64,000 bases of DNA from Chloroflexota bacterium (lineage in GTDB: Bacteria > Bacteroidota > Ignavibacteria > Kapaibacteriales > UBA2268): NCBI GenBank assembly GCA_050260015.1, contig JBLNBN010000039.1:93944-157943 (forward strand), read 5' to 3'. Positions within the stretch are counted from its first letter, which is position 1; the number at the start of each line of letters is the position of its first letter. This document shows positions 39,146 through 48,618 of the stretch, in pieces. The notes below the pieces were generated by a model. It ran no database searches, had not been told where the DNA came from, and worked only from the letters and a program-made list of their open reading frames with translations. Made by a program: the position numbers and the translations under genes.

Positions 39146-39553
39146 ATGCCTAAGTTACTAAAGCCGCTCAAAGGGAAAAAAAACTTTGACGCGCTATTTA
39201 AAGAGGGAGTAAAATTCCGTAGCGGACCGCTTTTCGCAGTTTTCCTGCGAGCAAGCTCCGATACGGTCTCGTTGAATTTCGTAGCGTCCGTTTCGAAACG
39301 AACGGCTAAGAAAGCCGTAGTTCGAAACCGAATAAAAAGACTGCTCCGCGAAAGTTTTCGTAAATTAAATTCTCAAGGGGCGTTCGACTTTGACGGCGCG
39401 CCGGCCGCGCTATTTCTTTCGTGGCAGCTAGCCGCAAAGAAGCCCTCGGAAGTCTCGCTGAAGGACGCCTTGCCGGCGGTCGAAAGAGCGGTGGCTACTC
39501 TTCGAAAGAAAACGGAAAATAAAAATGAAGACGATTGCGATCCTGATCATTAA
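39146..39553 (+). CDS. rnpA: Ribonuclease P protein component
   Basis: '[19 protein letters not shown]'. Conserved rpmH-rnpA-yidD-yidC synteny. Confidence 0.85.
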   Translation: MPKLLKPLKGKKNFDALFKEGVKFRSGPLFAVFLRASSDTVSLNFVASVSKRTAKKAVVRNRIKRLLRESFRKLNSQGAFDFDGAPAALFLSWQLAAKKPSEVSLKDALPAVERAVATLRKKTENKNEDDCDPDH

Positions 39554-39734
39554 ATTCTATAAAGCGGCGATCTCGCCGTTTTTGCCGCCCTCTTGCCGGT
39601 TTTATCCGACATGCTCGCAATACGCAATGGAAGCTCTTGAAAAGTACGGATTCCTTAAAGGCTCCAAAATGGCCGTTAAGAGAGTCCTGCGTTGCCACCC
39701 GGGCAATCCAGGCGGCTTCGATCCGGTCGAATAG
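39525..39734 (+). CDS. yidD: Membrane protein insertion efficiency factor YidD
   Basis: '[27 protein letters not shown]'. Overlaps rnpA by 29 nt. Confidence 0.85.
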   Translation: MKTIAILIIKFYKAAISPFLPPSCRFYPTCSQYAMEALEKYGFLKGSKMAVKRVLRCHPGNPGGFDPVE

Positions 39735-39791
39735 ACGTTTCCGACCATGCTTATTAACTAAGAATAATCAGTACTAATTAAATTAGAAAAA

Positions 39792-41657
39792 ATGGACAAA
39801 AGAACTACCGTTGGTTTTGTACTCGTTACAGTAATCATCCTAGGCTGGTTGATGTGGACCTCCACGCATCAGCAACAAATGCCGGAAAAAGAGCGAAAAA
39901 AAGCTGTCGCTCAAAAGGTCGAATCCAAGCAAATCGAGAAAGCAGCAGTCCAACCCGGGGCGGCGACGTCCGAGGTCCTCGCGGCTAAGCTCGGCAGGTT
40001 CGCGGCATTCGCCGGCGGCGAATCCCAAATCATTACAGTGGAAACCGATCTCTACGTGGCGAAGATTTCCTCGCGCGGCGGCTCGATTATGAGCTGGCGC
40101 TTAAAAAAGTACAATAAGTGGGACGGCGAGCCCACGCAACTGATCGATAATCCTTACGGCGAGCTCTTCCTGCAATTCGTTACGCTCGAAGGAAAGAAAA
40201 TCGATACGCGGGAGCTCAATTTCTCCGTCGTCGACGGCGCCGGCAATATTAAAGTTACAGGAAAGGATCGCAAGTCGCTCGCGCTCAAGCTCGACCTCGG
40301 CGCCGGCAAGTCCATCGTACGCCAGTATTACTTCTATGGCGACGAGTACGCGTTCGATAATAAAATTACGTTAAATAATTTAGAAGATATATTGCCTACC
40401 CGCGGTTACGACCTAAGGTGGAACCGCGGCCTGAGATTCCAGGAACGCAACAGCGTCGACGAAGCTACGGAAGCGGTAGCCAGGGTTTCGCAGAACGGGG
40501 AAGTCGCCGAATTGGACGCAGCTTCTTCGCAACGGGAGCTGAGCTCGACCGGACTGCTGGACTACGCCGCAATGAAGACGAAATACTTTACCGCGGCTTT
40601 AATTCCGCAGCCCTGGCAGAGCTTCGACGGAACCGTCGACGTTAACGGATGGCGCGAACCGCGCCCGGACAACGGGGTTATAGAGCGCTACGGCATATCT
40701 ATCCGCGTGCCTTACCGCGGCGGTTCGGATTCCAAAATATTTAAGGCTTATATCGGACCGCTCGATTACCGCATAGTTCGCTCCTACGGATTGGAGCGCC
40801 TGGTTAACTTCGGCTTCCGTATAGGTATTCGCCAAATAGGCGAGTACGTAATGCTGCCGATGTTCAACTTCATCCACGACATCGTTCCCAACTACGGTAT
40901 TTCCCTTATTCTATTCGCGTTCTTTATTAAGCTGCTTCTGCATCCGCTCTCGATACAGCAAATGCGCTCCTCGCAGAAAATGCAGGTCCTCGGCCCGGAA
41001 ATGCAGCGTATACGCGAAAAGTACAAAGACGACCAGGCGAAGCAACAGCAGGAAACTATGAAGCTTTACTCCGAGTATGGAATTAATCCCGCCGGGGGCT
41101 GCTTGCCGCTGCTCGCTCAAATGCCTATCTTCTTCGCGCTTTGGGCGACGCTCCGCTCGGCGATCGACTTACGCCAGTCGCCGTTCATTTGGTGGATCAA
41201 CGACCTATCAGTCCCGGACGCTATCATTACTTTCCCCGGCTCTTTCTTAGGGATTAATCACCTTTCCGGGCTTGCCCTTCTAATGGGCGTTACGATGTAC
41301 TTCCAGCAGAAGATGACGGTTACCGATCCCCGGCAGAAGTCGATGGTCGTTATGATGCCGGTGCTTTTCGTATTTATGTTCTCCAACTTCCCGGCTGGCT
41401 TGAACCTCTACTACTTTATGTTTAACGTGCTTTCCATCGGGCAGCAGGTCTACATGAATAAGTTCTCCAGGAATAAGCCTTCGTTGGATGATTTAAAGAA
41501 ATCTCCCAAGAAGGAAGGCTGGTTGCAAAAGAAAATGCGCGAAGCGCAGGAAATGGCTGCGGCCCAGGGACGCCCCATGCCAGGCCAGAAGCCGCAGAAC
41601 CGCGAGATTAAGCCCGGCTCCTCCGCTAAAGGCGGGCAGGGCAAAAAGAAGAAATAA
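39792..41657 (+). CDS. yidC: Membrane protein insertase YidC
   Basis: N-terminal TM, large periplasmic domain, 5-TM core, C-terminal Lys-rich tail 'GQGKKKK'. 621 aa. Confidence 0.9.
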   Translation: MDKRTTVGFVLVTVIILGWLMWTSTHQQQMPEKERKKAVAQKVESKQIEKAAVQPGAATSEVLAAKLGRFAAFAGGESQIITVETDLYVAKISSRGGSIMSWRLKKYNKWDGEPTQLIDNPYGELFLQFVTLEGKKIDTRELNFSVVDGAGNIKVTGKDRKSLALKLDLGAGKSIVRQYYFYGDEYAFDNKITLNNLEDILPTRGYDLRWNRGLRFQERNSVDEATEAVARVSQNGEVAELDAASSQRELSSTGLLDYAAMKTKYFTAALIPQPWQSFDGTVDVNGWREPRPDNGVIERYGISIRVPYRGGSDSKIFKAYIGPLDYRIVRSYGLERLVNFGFRIGIRQIGEYVMLPMFNFIHDIVPNYGISLILFAFFIKLLLHPLSIQQMRSSQKMQVLGPEMQRIREKYKDDQAKQQQETMKLYSEYGINPAGGCLPLLAQMPIFFALWATLRSAIDLRQSPFIWWINDLSVPDAIITFPGSFLGINHLSGLALLMGVTMYFQQKMTVTDPRQKSMVVMMPVLFVFMFSNFPAGLNLYYFMFNVLSIGQQVYMNKFSRNKPSLDDLKKSPKKEGWLQKKMREAQEMAAAQGRPMPGQKPQNREIKPGSSAKGGQGKKKK

Positions 41658-41673
41658 ATAGCTCCATATAGCG

Positions 41674-41711
41674 AAAAAGGCGGTCTTTCGATCGCCTTTT
41701 TTATTTTTTAC
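41674..41711 (+). terminator. Rho-independent terminator after yidC
   Basis: AAAAGGCG (41675-41682) / CGCCTTTT (41693-41700), then TTTTATTTTTT. Confidence 0.6.
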
Positions 41712-41792
41712 GCGATTTGCCGCTCAATGTTCCCTTAACTTTTGTTATTTTTATATTTTAAAAAAGTTAACAAATATATTTTTGGTGTTTAA

Positions 41793-42947
41793 ATGATATA
41801 TCTCAACAATGCTGCGTCGAGCTTTCCAAAGCCTCCCGAAGTGTTCGAGGCCGTCGCCAACTGTATTAACGTTCCCCCGATGAATCACTCCCGCTCGGGT
41901 TTCGAGGAGGACTTCGAAGACGTTATCTTCGCTACGCGTAACGTAGTCGGAGAGTTCTTCGGCGTTTCTACGCCCAACCAAATGATCTTTACTTCAGGTT
42001 CCACCGAGGCGCTTAACCTCGCTATTCGCGGCGTAGGGCTCGAGGGCGGGCACGTAGTCTCGACCATGGTCGAGCATAATTCCGTTATTCGCCCGCTCAA
42101 GACGATGGAGCAGGAGGGCGCGCTCGAAGTCGACTTCGCCGAGTGCGACGCGACCGGCTTCGTTAATCCGGAAAATATTGAACGGCTGATTAAGCCAAAC
42201 ACGAAAGCGGTAGTACTGAACCACTGCTCCAACGTCACCGGCTGCGTCCAGGACGTCAAAGCTATTTCCGAAATAGCCCATGCTAAAGGCTTGCTCGTGA
42301 TCGTCGACGCTTCGCAATCCGCAGGCGCCGTCCCGATAGACGTGAAGGAATTGGGCATCGATCTCCTCGCTTTTACCGGGCATAAGTCCCTCTACGGACT
42401 GCAGGGCTCGGGCGGCTTATTCGTGAAGGAAGGCATCGATATTAAGCCTATAAAGGTCGGCGGCACGGGCGTAAAGAGCGAAATGCTCACCCAGCCGCAG
42501 GAAATGCCGCTGCTCTGCGAAGCTGGCACGCCGAACACCCCAGGCATCGTCTCGCTCAACGCGGGCATCAATTGGATAAAGAAGACCGGTTTGGATAAGA
42601 TCCACGACCGCAAGAAAGAACTCCTTTCGAGAATATATAACGAACTCTCCGAGCTTCCCGAAGTGCGCATGTACCGCCCCGAGGATAAGTACAACTGCTG
42701 GGGCAACTTCTGCTTCAACGTAGGCGAAATGGTTCCCGAGGAGATTAACTTCATACTCGAGAGCAGCTACGATATCCACGTGCGCTCGGGCCTCCACTGC
42801 GCGCCGCTGATACTCGTTCCGCTGGGCGTTCACCCCTGGGGCACGGTCCGCGCGAGCGTCTCTTACTTCACCGCCGACGAGGAAGTCGAGAAGTTTATCG
42901 ACGCTATAAAGGACATCGTAAAGACGTTCGTACGCAGAGGGAAATAG
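41793..42947 (+). CDS. Class V aminotransferase / cysteine desulfurase-family protein (PLP-dependent)
   Basis: 'FTSGSTEALNLA'. PLP-Lys region 'FTGHKSLYGLQGSGGLFVK'. 384 aa. Confidence 0.75.
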   Translation: MIYLNNAASSFPKPPEVFEAVANCINVPPMNHSRSGFEEDFEDVIFATRNVVGEFFGVSTPNQMIFTSGSTEALNLAIRGVGLEGGHVVSTMVEHNSVIRPLKTMEQEGALEVDFAECDATGFVNPENIERLIKPNTKAVVLNHCSNVTGCVQDVKAISEIAHAKGLLVIVDASQSAGAVPIDVKELGIDLLAFTGHKSLYGLQGSGGLFVKEGIDIKPIKVGGTGVKSEMLTQPQEMPLLCEAGTPNTPGIVSLNAGINWIKKTGLDKIHDRKKELLSRIYNELSELPEVRMYRPEDKYNCWGNFCFNVGEMVPEEINFILESSYDIHVRSGLHCAPLILVPLGVHPWGTVRASVSYFTADEEVEKFIDAIKDIVKTFVRRGK

Positions 42948-42962
42948 TTAAGGAACTAACTT

Positions 42963-43241
42963 ATGCTATGGACATGGATAGCGATAATCGCATTTACATT
43001 ATCTTTTCTTGTCTACATAAAAAATAGAGCAGCATGCAAAAAACGGCAGAAAGCTTACATCTTTTTCGCATCCTTAAACATTATTGGAGCGATGGAATTT
43101 GCAGATATCGCCGTGAAAGCGTTATCCGTCGCCGAACCGGGCGGTATCGCATGGCATGTGTTACGGTTTATTATTATGGGCGTCCTGCACTGGGGGTCTG
43201 TTATAATACTTGACGGCAAAGTAGAAGAAAAACCGGCATAA
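42963..43241 (+). CDS. Hypothetical small membrane protein (92 aa, 3 predicted TM)
   Basis: Hydrophobic segments. 13 nt downstream of the previous gene's stop. Confidence 0.4.
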   Translation: MLWTWIAIIAFTLSFLVYIKNRAACKKRQKAYIFFASLNIIGAMEFADIAVKALSVAEPGGIAWHVLRFIIMGVLHWGSVIILDGKVEEKPA

Positions 43242-43269
43242 AGACAATGAATTTGGTATAGGATAAAAC

Positions 43270-43305
43270 CAAAAGGCAAGGCCAGAAAAGCCTTGCCTTT
43301 TTTAA
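43270..43305. terminator. Bidirectional terminator
   Basis: AAGGCAAGGC (43273-43282) / GCCTTGCCTT (43290-43299), flanked by an A-run and a T-run. Confidence 0.6.
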
Positions 43306-43321
43306 TAGAATTAAATTGACT

Positions 43322-43741
43322 TTACAGCGCGATGGCCCCTGCCATTTCATTGATAAGCCGTCGGCAGGAGTCGGCGCATTCCTGGCAGGCGCGCGCGCAT
43401 ATCTTGCAGTGCTCGTGCATCGAGGCGTGCATGGAGCATTCCTCGCCGCAGAGCTTGCAGGTTTCCTCGCAGAGCTCCAATTGCTTGCGCAGAAGATTTT
43501 CGTCGGTAAAGTGGCCGCCAAGCAGTATTTCCCCGGCTGCTTCGCAAACTATCGAGCATTGCTGGTTTAAACGGATGCAACTCCTAAGCTCCTTTACGTT
43601 TTCCTCCTCCAGGCAGGCGTCGGCGCAAATCGTGCATACGTCGCTGCACTGGAAGCAGAGCTTCATGCACTCCTGTAAATTCTTCAATTCCTGGCCGCCC
43701 TTGTTCGGGTGCGCCGCGTACATTTCGGAAATTATACCCAT
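43322..43741 (-). CDS. Cysteine-rich four-helix-bundle protein (DUF326 / copper storage protein Csp-like), cytoplasmic
   Basis: 18 Cys in 139 aa, arranged as repeated CxxxC motifs within predicted helices. No signal peptide. Confidence 0.65.
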   Translation of the reverse strand: MGIISEMYAAHPNKGGQELKNLQECMKLCFQCSDVCTICADACLEEENVKELRSCIRLNQQCSIVCEAAGEILLGGHFTDENLLRKQLELCEETCKLCGEECSMHASMHEHCKICARACQECADSCRRLINEMAGAIAL

Positions 43742-43956
43742 CTCAACGTTCCCCTCGCATTAAACAAAAACTACGCTATTCATAACGGATTAATTTATGA
43801 TATGTTTTTAATATCGGACAGGGTGACGTGGCTGAGTTTAGTCATTTCCGCGCAGGCGGAAATCCATATTGTCTGAACCATTGATTAATTTGATTAATAT
43901 GATTAATACATGATTGAATAGCCGAAAATAACGCATAAGCGCGTGCAATATAAGAG

Positions 43957-44483
43957 TCTGTCACTCCGAAGCGCAGCGAGGAGTCCAAAGAATTAAATTG
44001 AAGAAGTATCATTAGGGCTAATGCGTCTCCTTTGCGAATCGGGCTACTCTCAACGAATCCGAAGGATTCGAATGTCTATAGAAACGCGCGCTCACCTCCT
44101 CTCCTCGTGGGGCGGAGTCGGGGGCTCGTCCCACAAAGAAATGAACGCGGAGCGTTCTATTCGCATTCCCACGCTGAGCATGGGAACGATTGGGATATCG
44201 CGCCGTACACTGAGCCCCGTCGAAGGGTACGGCTAAGGAAACGCCGGGCGCTTCGACAGGCTCAGCGACCGGCTGCCGGTTACATTTTTCTTAACCCCGG
44301 AGGGATTACAGCTTTGTAACGCGAAGCGCGATTCCCTCCCTTCTCCCCTTGGCGGAGACGCGGGCACGAAAAAAAATCGCGCCGCAAACCCGCGCTGGAA
44401 GCCGCTTTCCCGTAATTTCAGCAAAAAACTAAAAAAACATTGTTTTTGAGTGTTACAAAATCGCATCTCGATTGTTTATATAG
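43957..44483. repeat. Composite dispersed intergenic repeat (modules 1-3) upstream of a T9SS cargo gene
   Basis: Module 1 'GTCACTCCGAAGCGCAGCGAGGAGTCCAAAG'. Module 2 'GCTAATGC...AACGAATCCGAAGGATTCGAATGTCTATAGAAAC'. Module 3 at 44351-44483 is near-identical to 57851-57984. Confidence 0.6.
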
Positions 44484-44518
44484 ATAAATATCTTGACAAT
44501 TTTCAAAAAGAGTAAAAG

Positions 44519-45898
44519 ATGAAAAGTTTCGCCGTCCTATTCTTTGCCGCAGTGTTGTTGCTACCGGGCTTCGGAAAAGCCGTGTGCGCCGATAAATACG
44601 TAAATCCCATAGGAGAGGACTGGATAACTATCGATTCCGCCGATAGGGAATTGGTTCCTGCGGAGGACTGGGTGAATTATTATAGATATCTTGTCTGCTC
44701 AGATTCTCTCAATTGCCTTGGTATGATTGATTTAGGTAATATGTCCCATTACCTCTTTCGAAGAACTACCGACGGGGGCTTAACCTGGGAAAATATTAGC
44801 GTCGATAGCAGCGATTGCATGATATACCCTCATATTATGGCTATGCCGGACAAAAATACTGCTTTATTGCTCGGCGATACCGGAGTCGTTCTAAGATCAA
44901 CTAACGGCGGATATTCATGGAACGCGGCAAAAATACCGGGATTTAATGCGGAAAAGTACTGGTTCAATCATTTATTTATGAAGGGCCCCATCGGAATTGC
45001 TCAATACGGAGCCTCGGATTGCTATATGACCGAGGACGGCGGCGCAAGCTGGAGCAAAATGGAAATTAATGTTGAGCCCGACTTGAAATATTCAATCTCC
45101 CATTTGTCAATACTCGATTACAACAATTTCATTATGTGGGGCATCCACCATGATTATGATAAAGATAGCATAGTGACCGGAGAATTTAGCTGCTATTATA
45201 CTACCTCGGACAGGGGAAAAACCTGGAACCTATTTAAGATGCTACCCTACGACGAGGATCGTTACCACAAATTTACGTTCTTCAACAGTAAAATGGGCTT
45301 TTCCTCTTACCAAACGACAAGAAAAAAAACCAGCGATCAAGAATACGATACAGTGACGACTTATATTTACAAAACACACGATGGAGGAAACGCCTGGAAT
45401 GAGATATTTAGGGATATAAATCCTTACTACGGCTATCAAACGGTCTTTTTCGATTCTTTGCATGCCATTGGCCGCGACAATTACGGGAAGTGTATAATAA
45501 CGAGCGACGGCGGTTACAACTGGAAAAAAACGGATTGGGTTAAATACGAAAACAATCAGTATGGATACTATTCTTTAGCTACGGCATACTTAACGCCGGA
45601 AACTCCATTAATCACTAATGGCGTAAAGGTTCTTAAATACGTAGGGAAGAATAAATCAATTCGCGACGCCGCTCCGCCAAGCGAAACTATCTTCATCAGC
45701 CCAAACCCCGCGTCCGAGTTTATATCAATAACGCCCTCGCCAACCGGCGTGAAGGCGCCTATTGAAATATATTCGAACCTGGGCTTGCTTGCTCTCTCTT
45801 CTCCGAACGAAGCGGGAAGGATAGACGTTGCCCGGTTGCCCGCGGGCGTTTATTTTATCAAGATAGGAACGCAGGTAGCGAAATTTGTGAAGATATAA
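44519..45898 (+). CDS. Secreted BNR/Asp-box repeat (Ycf48/sortilin-like beta-propeller) protein with C-terminal T9SS sorting domain
   Basis: Signal peptide. Six '[ST]xDGGxxW' repeats. C-terminal tail 'ISPNPASEFISI...GVYFIKIGTQVAKFVKI'. Confidence 0.75.
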   Translation: MKSFAVLFFAAVLLLPGFGKAVCADKYVNPIGEDWITIDSADRELVPAEDWVNYYRYLVCSDSLNCLGMIDLGNMSHYLFRRTTDGGLTWENISVDSSDCMIYPHIMAMPDKNTALLLGDTGVVLRSTNGGYSWNAAKIPGFNAEKYWFNHLFMKGPIGIAQYGASDCYMTEDGGASWSKMEINVEPDLKYSISHLSILDYNNFIMWGIHHDYDKDSIVTGEFSCYYTTSDRGKTWNLFKMLPYDEDRYHKFTFFNSKMGFSSYQTTRKKTSDQEYDTVTTYIYKTHDGGNAWNEIFRDINPYYGYQTVFFDSLHAIGRDNYGKCIITSDGGYNWKKTDWVKYENNQYGYYSLATAYLTPETPLITNGVKVLKYVGKNKSIRDAAPPSETIFISPNPASEFISITPSPTGVKAPIEIYSNLGLLALSSPNEAGRIDVARLPAGVYFIKIGTQVAKFVKI

Positions 45899-46270
45899 GA
45901 TTGTCATTGCTGCGAAGAATCCAAGGCGTATTATGCGTTTCGGGTTTGAAGACGGTAACGCCCTGCGCGGGGCGGGTAAGCGAATTGCCGTGAGCTTATG
46001 GATACTCGCCTGCGCGAGCATGGAAAGACTTTCCTGTAACAGCGCTTAGCTCGTAATTTACCAAAATACAATTCCGCCCATCCTTCCCCATCCCGTAAAG
46101 CCTTCTCCAAATAGCTGATCATTAACCATTAAACATTGATAATTGATAATTGATTTTCCGCCTTTCATCCGCCGAAACCCGCCATTCGCCTACATTCGCA
46201 GGGGTATGGAGCGAAACATCCGTAATTTCGCCCTCGTATTCAGCGCATAGAAGAAATTAAACTTAAATAA

Positions 46271-48571
46271 ATGGTGATTGAAGTGAAGAAGATTTTTTGG
46301 ACTCTGCTGCTAACGATGATACTTGCCGGGGGAAGCCAATCGCAGGCGGCTTCGGCCGCGCTCGCCGCAATGGGCGACGGCTCCTCGGCGGCTGGATTCG
46401 TTCGCGACTCCGCAACCGGCGAGACGCTCATTGGAGCTACCGTAAGCATACTCGGCGCAAAACGCGGCGCCTATACGAATAAACAGGGATATTACTCTAT
46501 AACTAACGTTATCCCCGGCGAATATACCGTTAGGGTTACAATGGTCGGATACAAGAACCGTGAAGCAAAATTGAAATTTGAAAAGGGAAATCCCATCCGT
46601 ATGGACTTCGGGCTTTCCTCCGGCGATCTTCGCACTGGCGACGTCGTCGTCTCCGCCGATCGCGATCCTGATACGCGACAAATATCAATTTCAACCGTCA
46701 ACGTGCCGATCGCCCAGATCAAGGAAATCCGTATTGGAGGCGAGAGCGACGTATTCCGCTCGCTGCAGATGCTGCCGGGCGTGCTGACTAGCTCGCAGAT
46801 GTCCAGCGGGCTCTACATACGCGGCGGTTCGCCCGACCAGAACTTAGTCCTCCTGGACGGCGCGACGGTGTATAATCCCTCGCATTTATTCGGCTTTATC
46901 TCGACCTTCAACAGCGAAGCCATCAAGGACGTCGAGCTGATTAAGGGCGGCTATCCCGCCGAATACGGCTCGCGGCTATCTTCAGTAATAAATATCACGC
47001 AAAAGGACGGCAACCGCGAAGAGTTCGGGGGCGTGGCTTCGCTCGGGCTTATATCCTCCAAGATCTCGCTCGAGGGGCCGCTCGGAAATGGCTCGTATTT
47101 TATCGGCGGACGCCGAACGTACTTCGATCTCATTCGCCCGGCGCTCGACAGCGACCCGGAAATGCCTATACCCGACTTTGGATTCTACGACCTGAACGGC
47201 AAGATAACCCAAAACTTCGGCCAGGACGATAAAGTCTTCCTAAGCGGCTTTTTGAGCAAGGACAACTTTAACTGGGGCAGCATGGGGCTGGACATGAACC
47301 TGTTTATGGGCAACCGGGCGGGCTCCGCAGGTTGGACGCATATCTTCGCCGAAGATCTGTTCTCGACGGTTCTCTTCAGCACGAGCTACTACGAGAGCGG
47401 CTTGAACGAAGAGATGAACGGCTTCTTTATCGGCGTTAAAAACTCGATAACCGATTACTCCATAAAGGGCGACCTCGAGTGGTTCCTTTCCGACAACGCT
47501 ACGATAAACTCTGGACTAGAGGTCTCCAATTTTATATTTAATTACGATCAAAACTTTACCGGTTCGAAGGGCGACGCGAAGGAAGGCACTAACGAGGGCG
47601 GCCGCATGAAGCTGCTCTACCATGATTGGGTTTACAGCGGCTACGTCCAGGCGAACTACCGCCCGACGGAGCTAATATCGCTGCAATTCGGCTTGCGCGG
47701 CTCCTGGTGGAATTACTCCGAGCATATGAACGTCGACCCGCGCGCGGCTATTCGCTGGCAGGCGCAGGATAACTTCGCCATTAAGGCCAGCTGGGGAATT
47801 TTCCACCAGTACCTCAGGTTGGCGGGCGACGAGAACTTCTCGCTCTTCGACACATGGCTGCCGACCGACAATACCGTAAAGCCCAGCCAGGCGCAGCACT
47901 TTATACTAAGCTCTGAAACAAAGATAGGCGAATTTGACTTTAACGCGGACGTATACTACAAGATATTGAATAACATATCGGAAGTAAAGACGACGAGCCT
48001 TAGCGGCGAAAGCGTAGGCGACGTATTCTACTCCGGGAAAGGCAAAGCATACGGCGCGGAAATATTCCTCCAGCGAAGGGTTGGAAGATTGGCCGGTTGG
48101 ATCGGATACGGCCTCGGTTGGGTCCGCGCGCAATTCGACTCCGTCAACGACGGCAGGGAATTCAATCCTAAGTACGATCGCCGCCATGACTTCAAGATAG
48201 TAATGCAGTATGAATTAACCGAGAACTGGCAATTTGGCGCGACCTTTATGTTCCAAACAGGCCAGAGCTATACGGGAGCCACTTCGCAGTTCGGCAGCCA
48301 GCTGCCCGGCGAAAACATGCCGACGTTAAAAGTTATCCAGGCGCAGCGTTATGGCTTGCGTTTGCCTCCCTCGCACCAATTGAACTTAAACGTAAATTAC
48401 TCGACAAAGCTCTTTGATCTGCCGTTTAAAATGATACTCGACGTATTCAATGTTTACAATCGTCGCGACATATTGATGCGCGTCTACGACGTAGACTACA
48501 GCAGGATCCACGTGGAGGACGTAAAGCTTCTGCCCGTGCTGCCGACTCTATCGTTCGAGGTTAAATTTTAA
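46271..48571 (+). CDS. TonB-dependent outer-membrane receptor with N-terminal carboxypeptidase-regulatory-like domain
   Basis: 'SATGETLIGATVSILGAKRGAYTNKQGYYSITNVIPGEYTV'. Plug 'DVFRSLQMLPGV'. C-terminal Phe. 766 aa. Confidence 0.8.
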   Translation: MVIEVKKIFWTLLLTMILAGGSQSQAASAALAAMGDGSSAAGFVRDSATGETLIGATVSILGAKRGAYTNKQGYYSITNVIPGEYTVRVTMVGYKNREAKLKFEKGNPIRMDFGLSSGDLRTGDVVVSADRDPDTRQISISTVNVPIAQIKEIRIGGESDVFRSLQMLPGVLTSSQMSSGLYIRGGSPDQNLVLLDGATVYNPSHLFGFISTFNSEAIKDVELIKGGYPAEYGSRLSSVINITQKDGNREEFGGVASLGLISSKISLEGPLGNGSYFIGGRRTYFDLIRPALDSDPEMPIPDFGFYDLNGKITQNFGQDDKVFLSGFLSKDNFNWGSMGLDMNLFMGNRAGSAGWTHIFAEDLFSTVLFSTSYYESGLNEEMNGFFIGVKNSITDYSIKGDLEWFLSDNATINSGLEVSNFIFNYDQNFTGSKGDAKEGTNEGGRMKLLYHDWVYSGYVQANYRPTELISLQFGLRGSWWNYSEHMNVDPRAAIRWQAQDNFAIKASWGIFHQYLRLAGDENFSLFDTWLPTDNTVKPSQAQHFILSSETKIGEFDFNADVYYKILNNISEVKTTSLSGESVGDVFYSGKGKAYGAEIFLQRRVGRLAGWIGYGLGWVRAQFDSVNDGREFNPKYDRRHDFKIVMQYELTENWQFGATFMFQTGQSYTGATSQFGSQLPGENMPTLKVIQAQRYGLRLPPSHQLNLNVNYSTKLFDLPFKMILDVFNVYNRRDILMRVYDVDYSRIHVEDVKLLPVLPTLSFEVKF

Positions 48572-48618
48572 TCGTTAGTGGATATAATACTATTAAATTG
48601 AAATAAACGAGGATAACA

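Noticed and set aside
43332-43763. 143 aa + strand ORF overlapping the Cys-rich gene
   Set aside because: The minus-strand frame yields a coherent 18-Cys helical repeat pattern typical of Csp-like proteins. The plus-strand frame is Ser/Gln-rich without pattern.
44021-44466. ORFs 44021-44236, 44032-44319, 44233-44466(-) and 57791-58051 lying inside the dispersed repeat elements
   Set aside because: They coincide with repeat modules, lack RBSs, and their translations are Arg/Pro-rich with no shared protein-level conservation between the two copies. Treated as non-coding.
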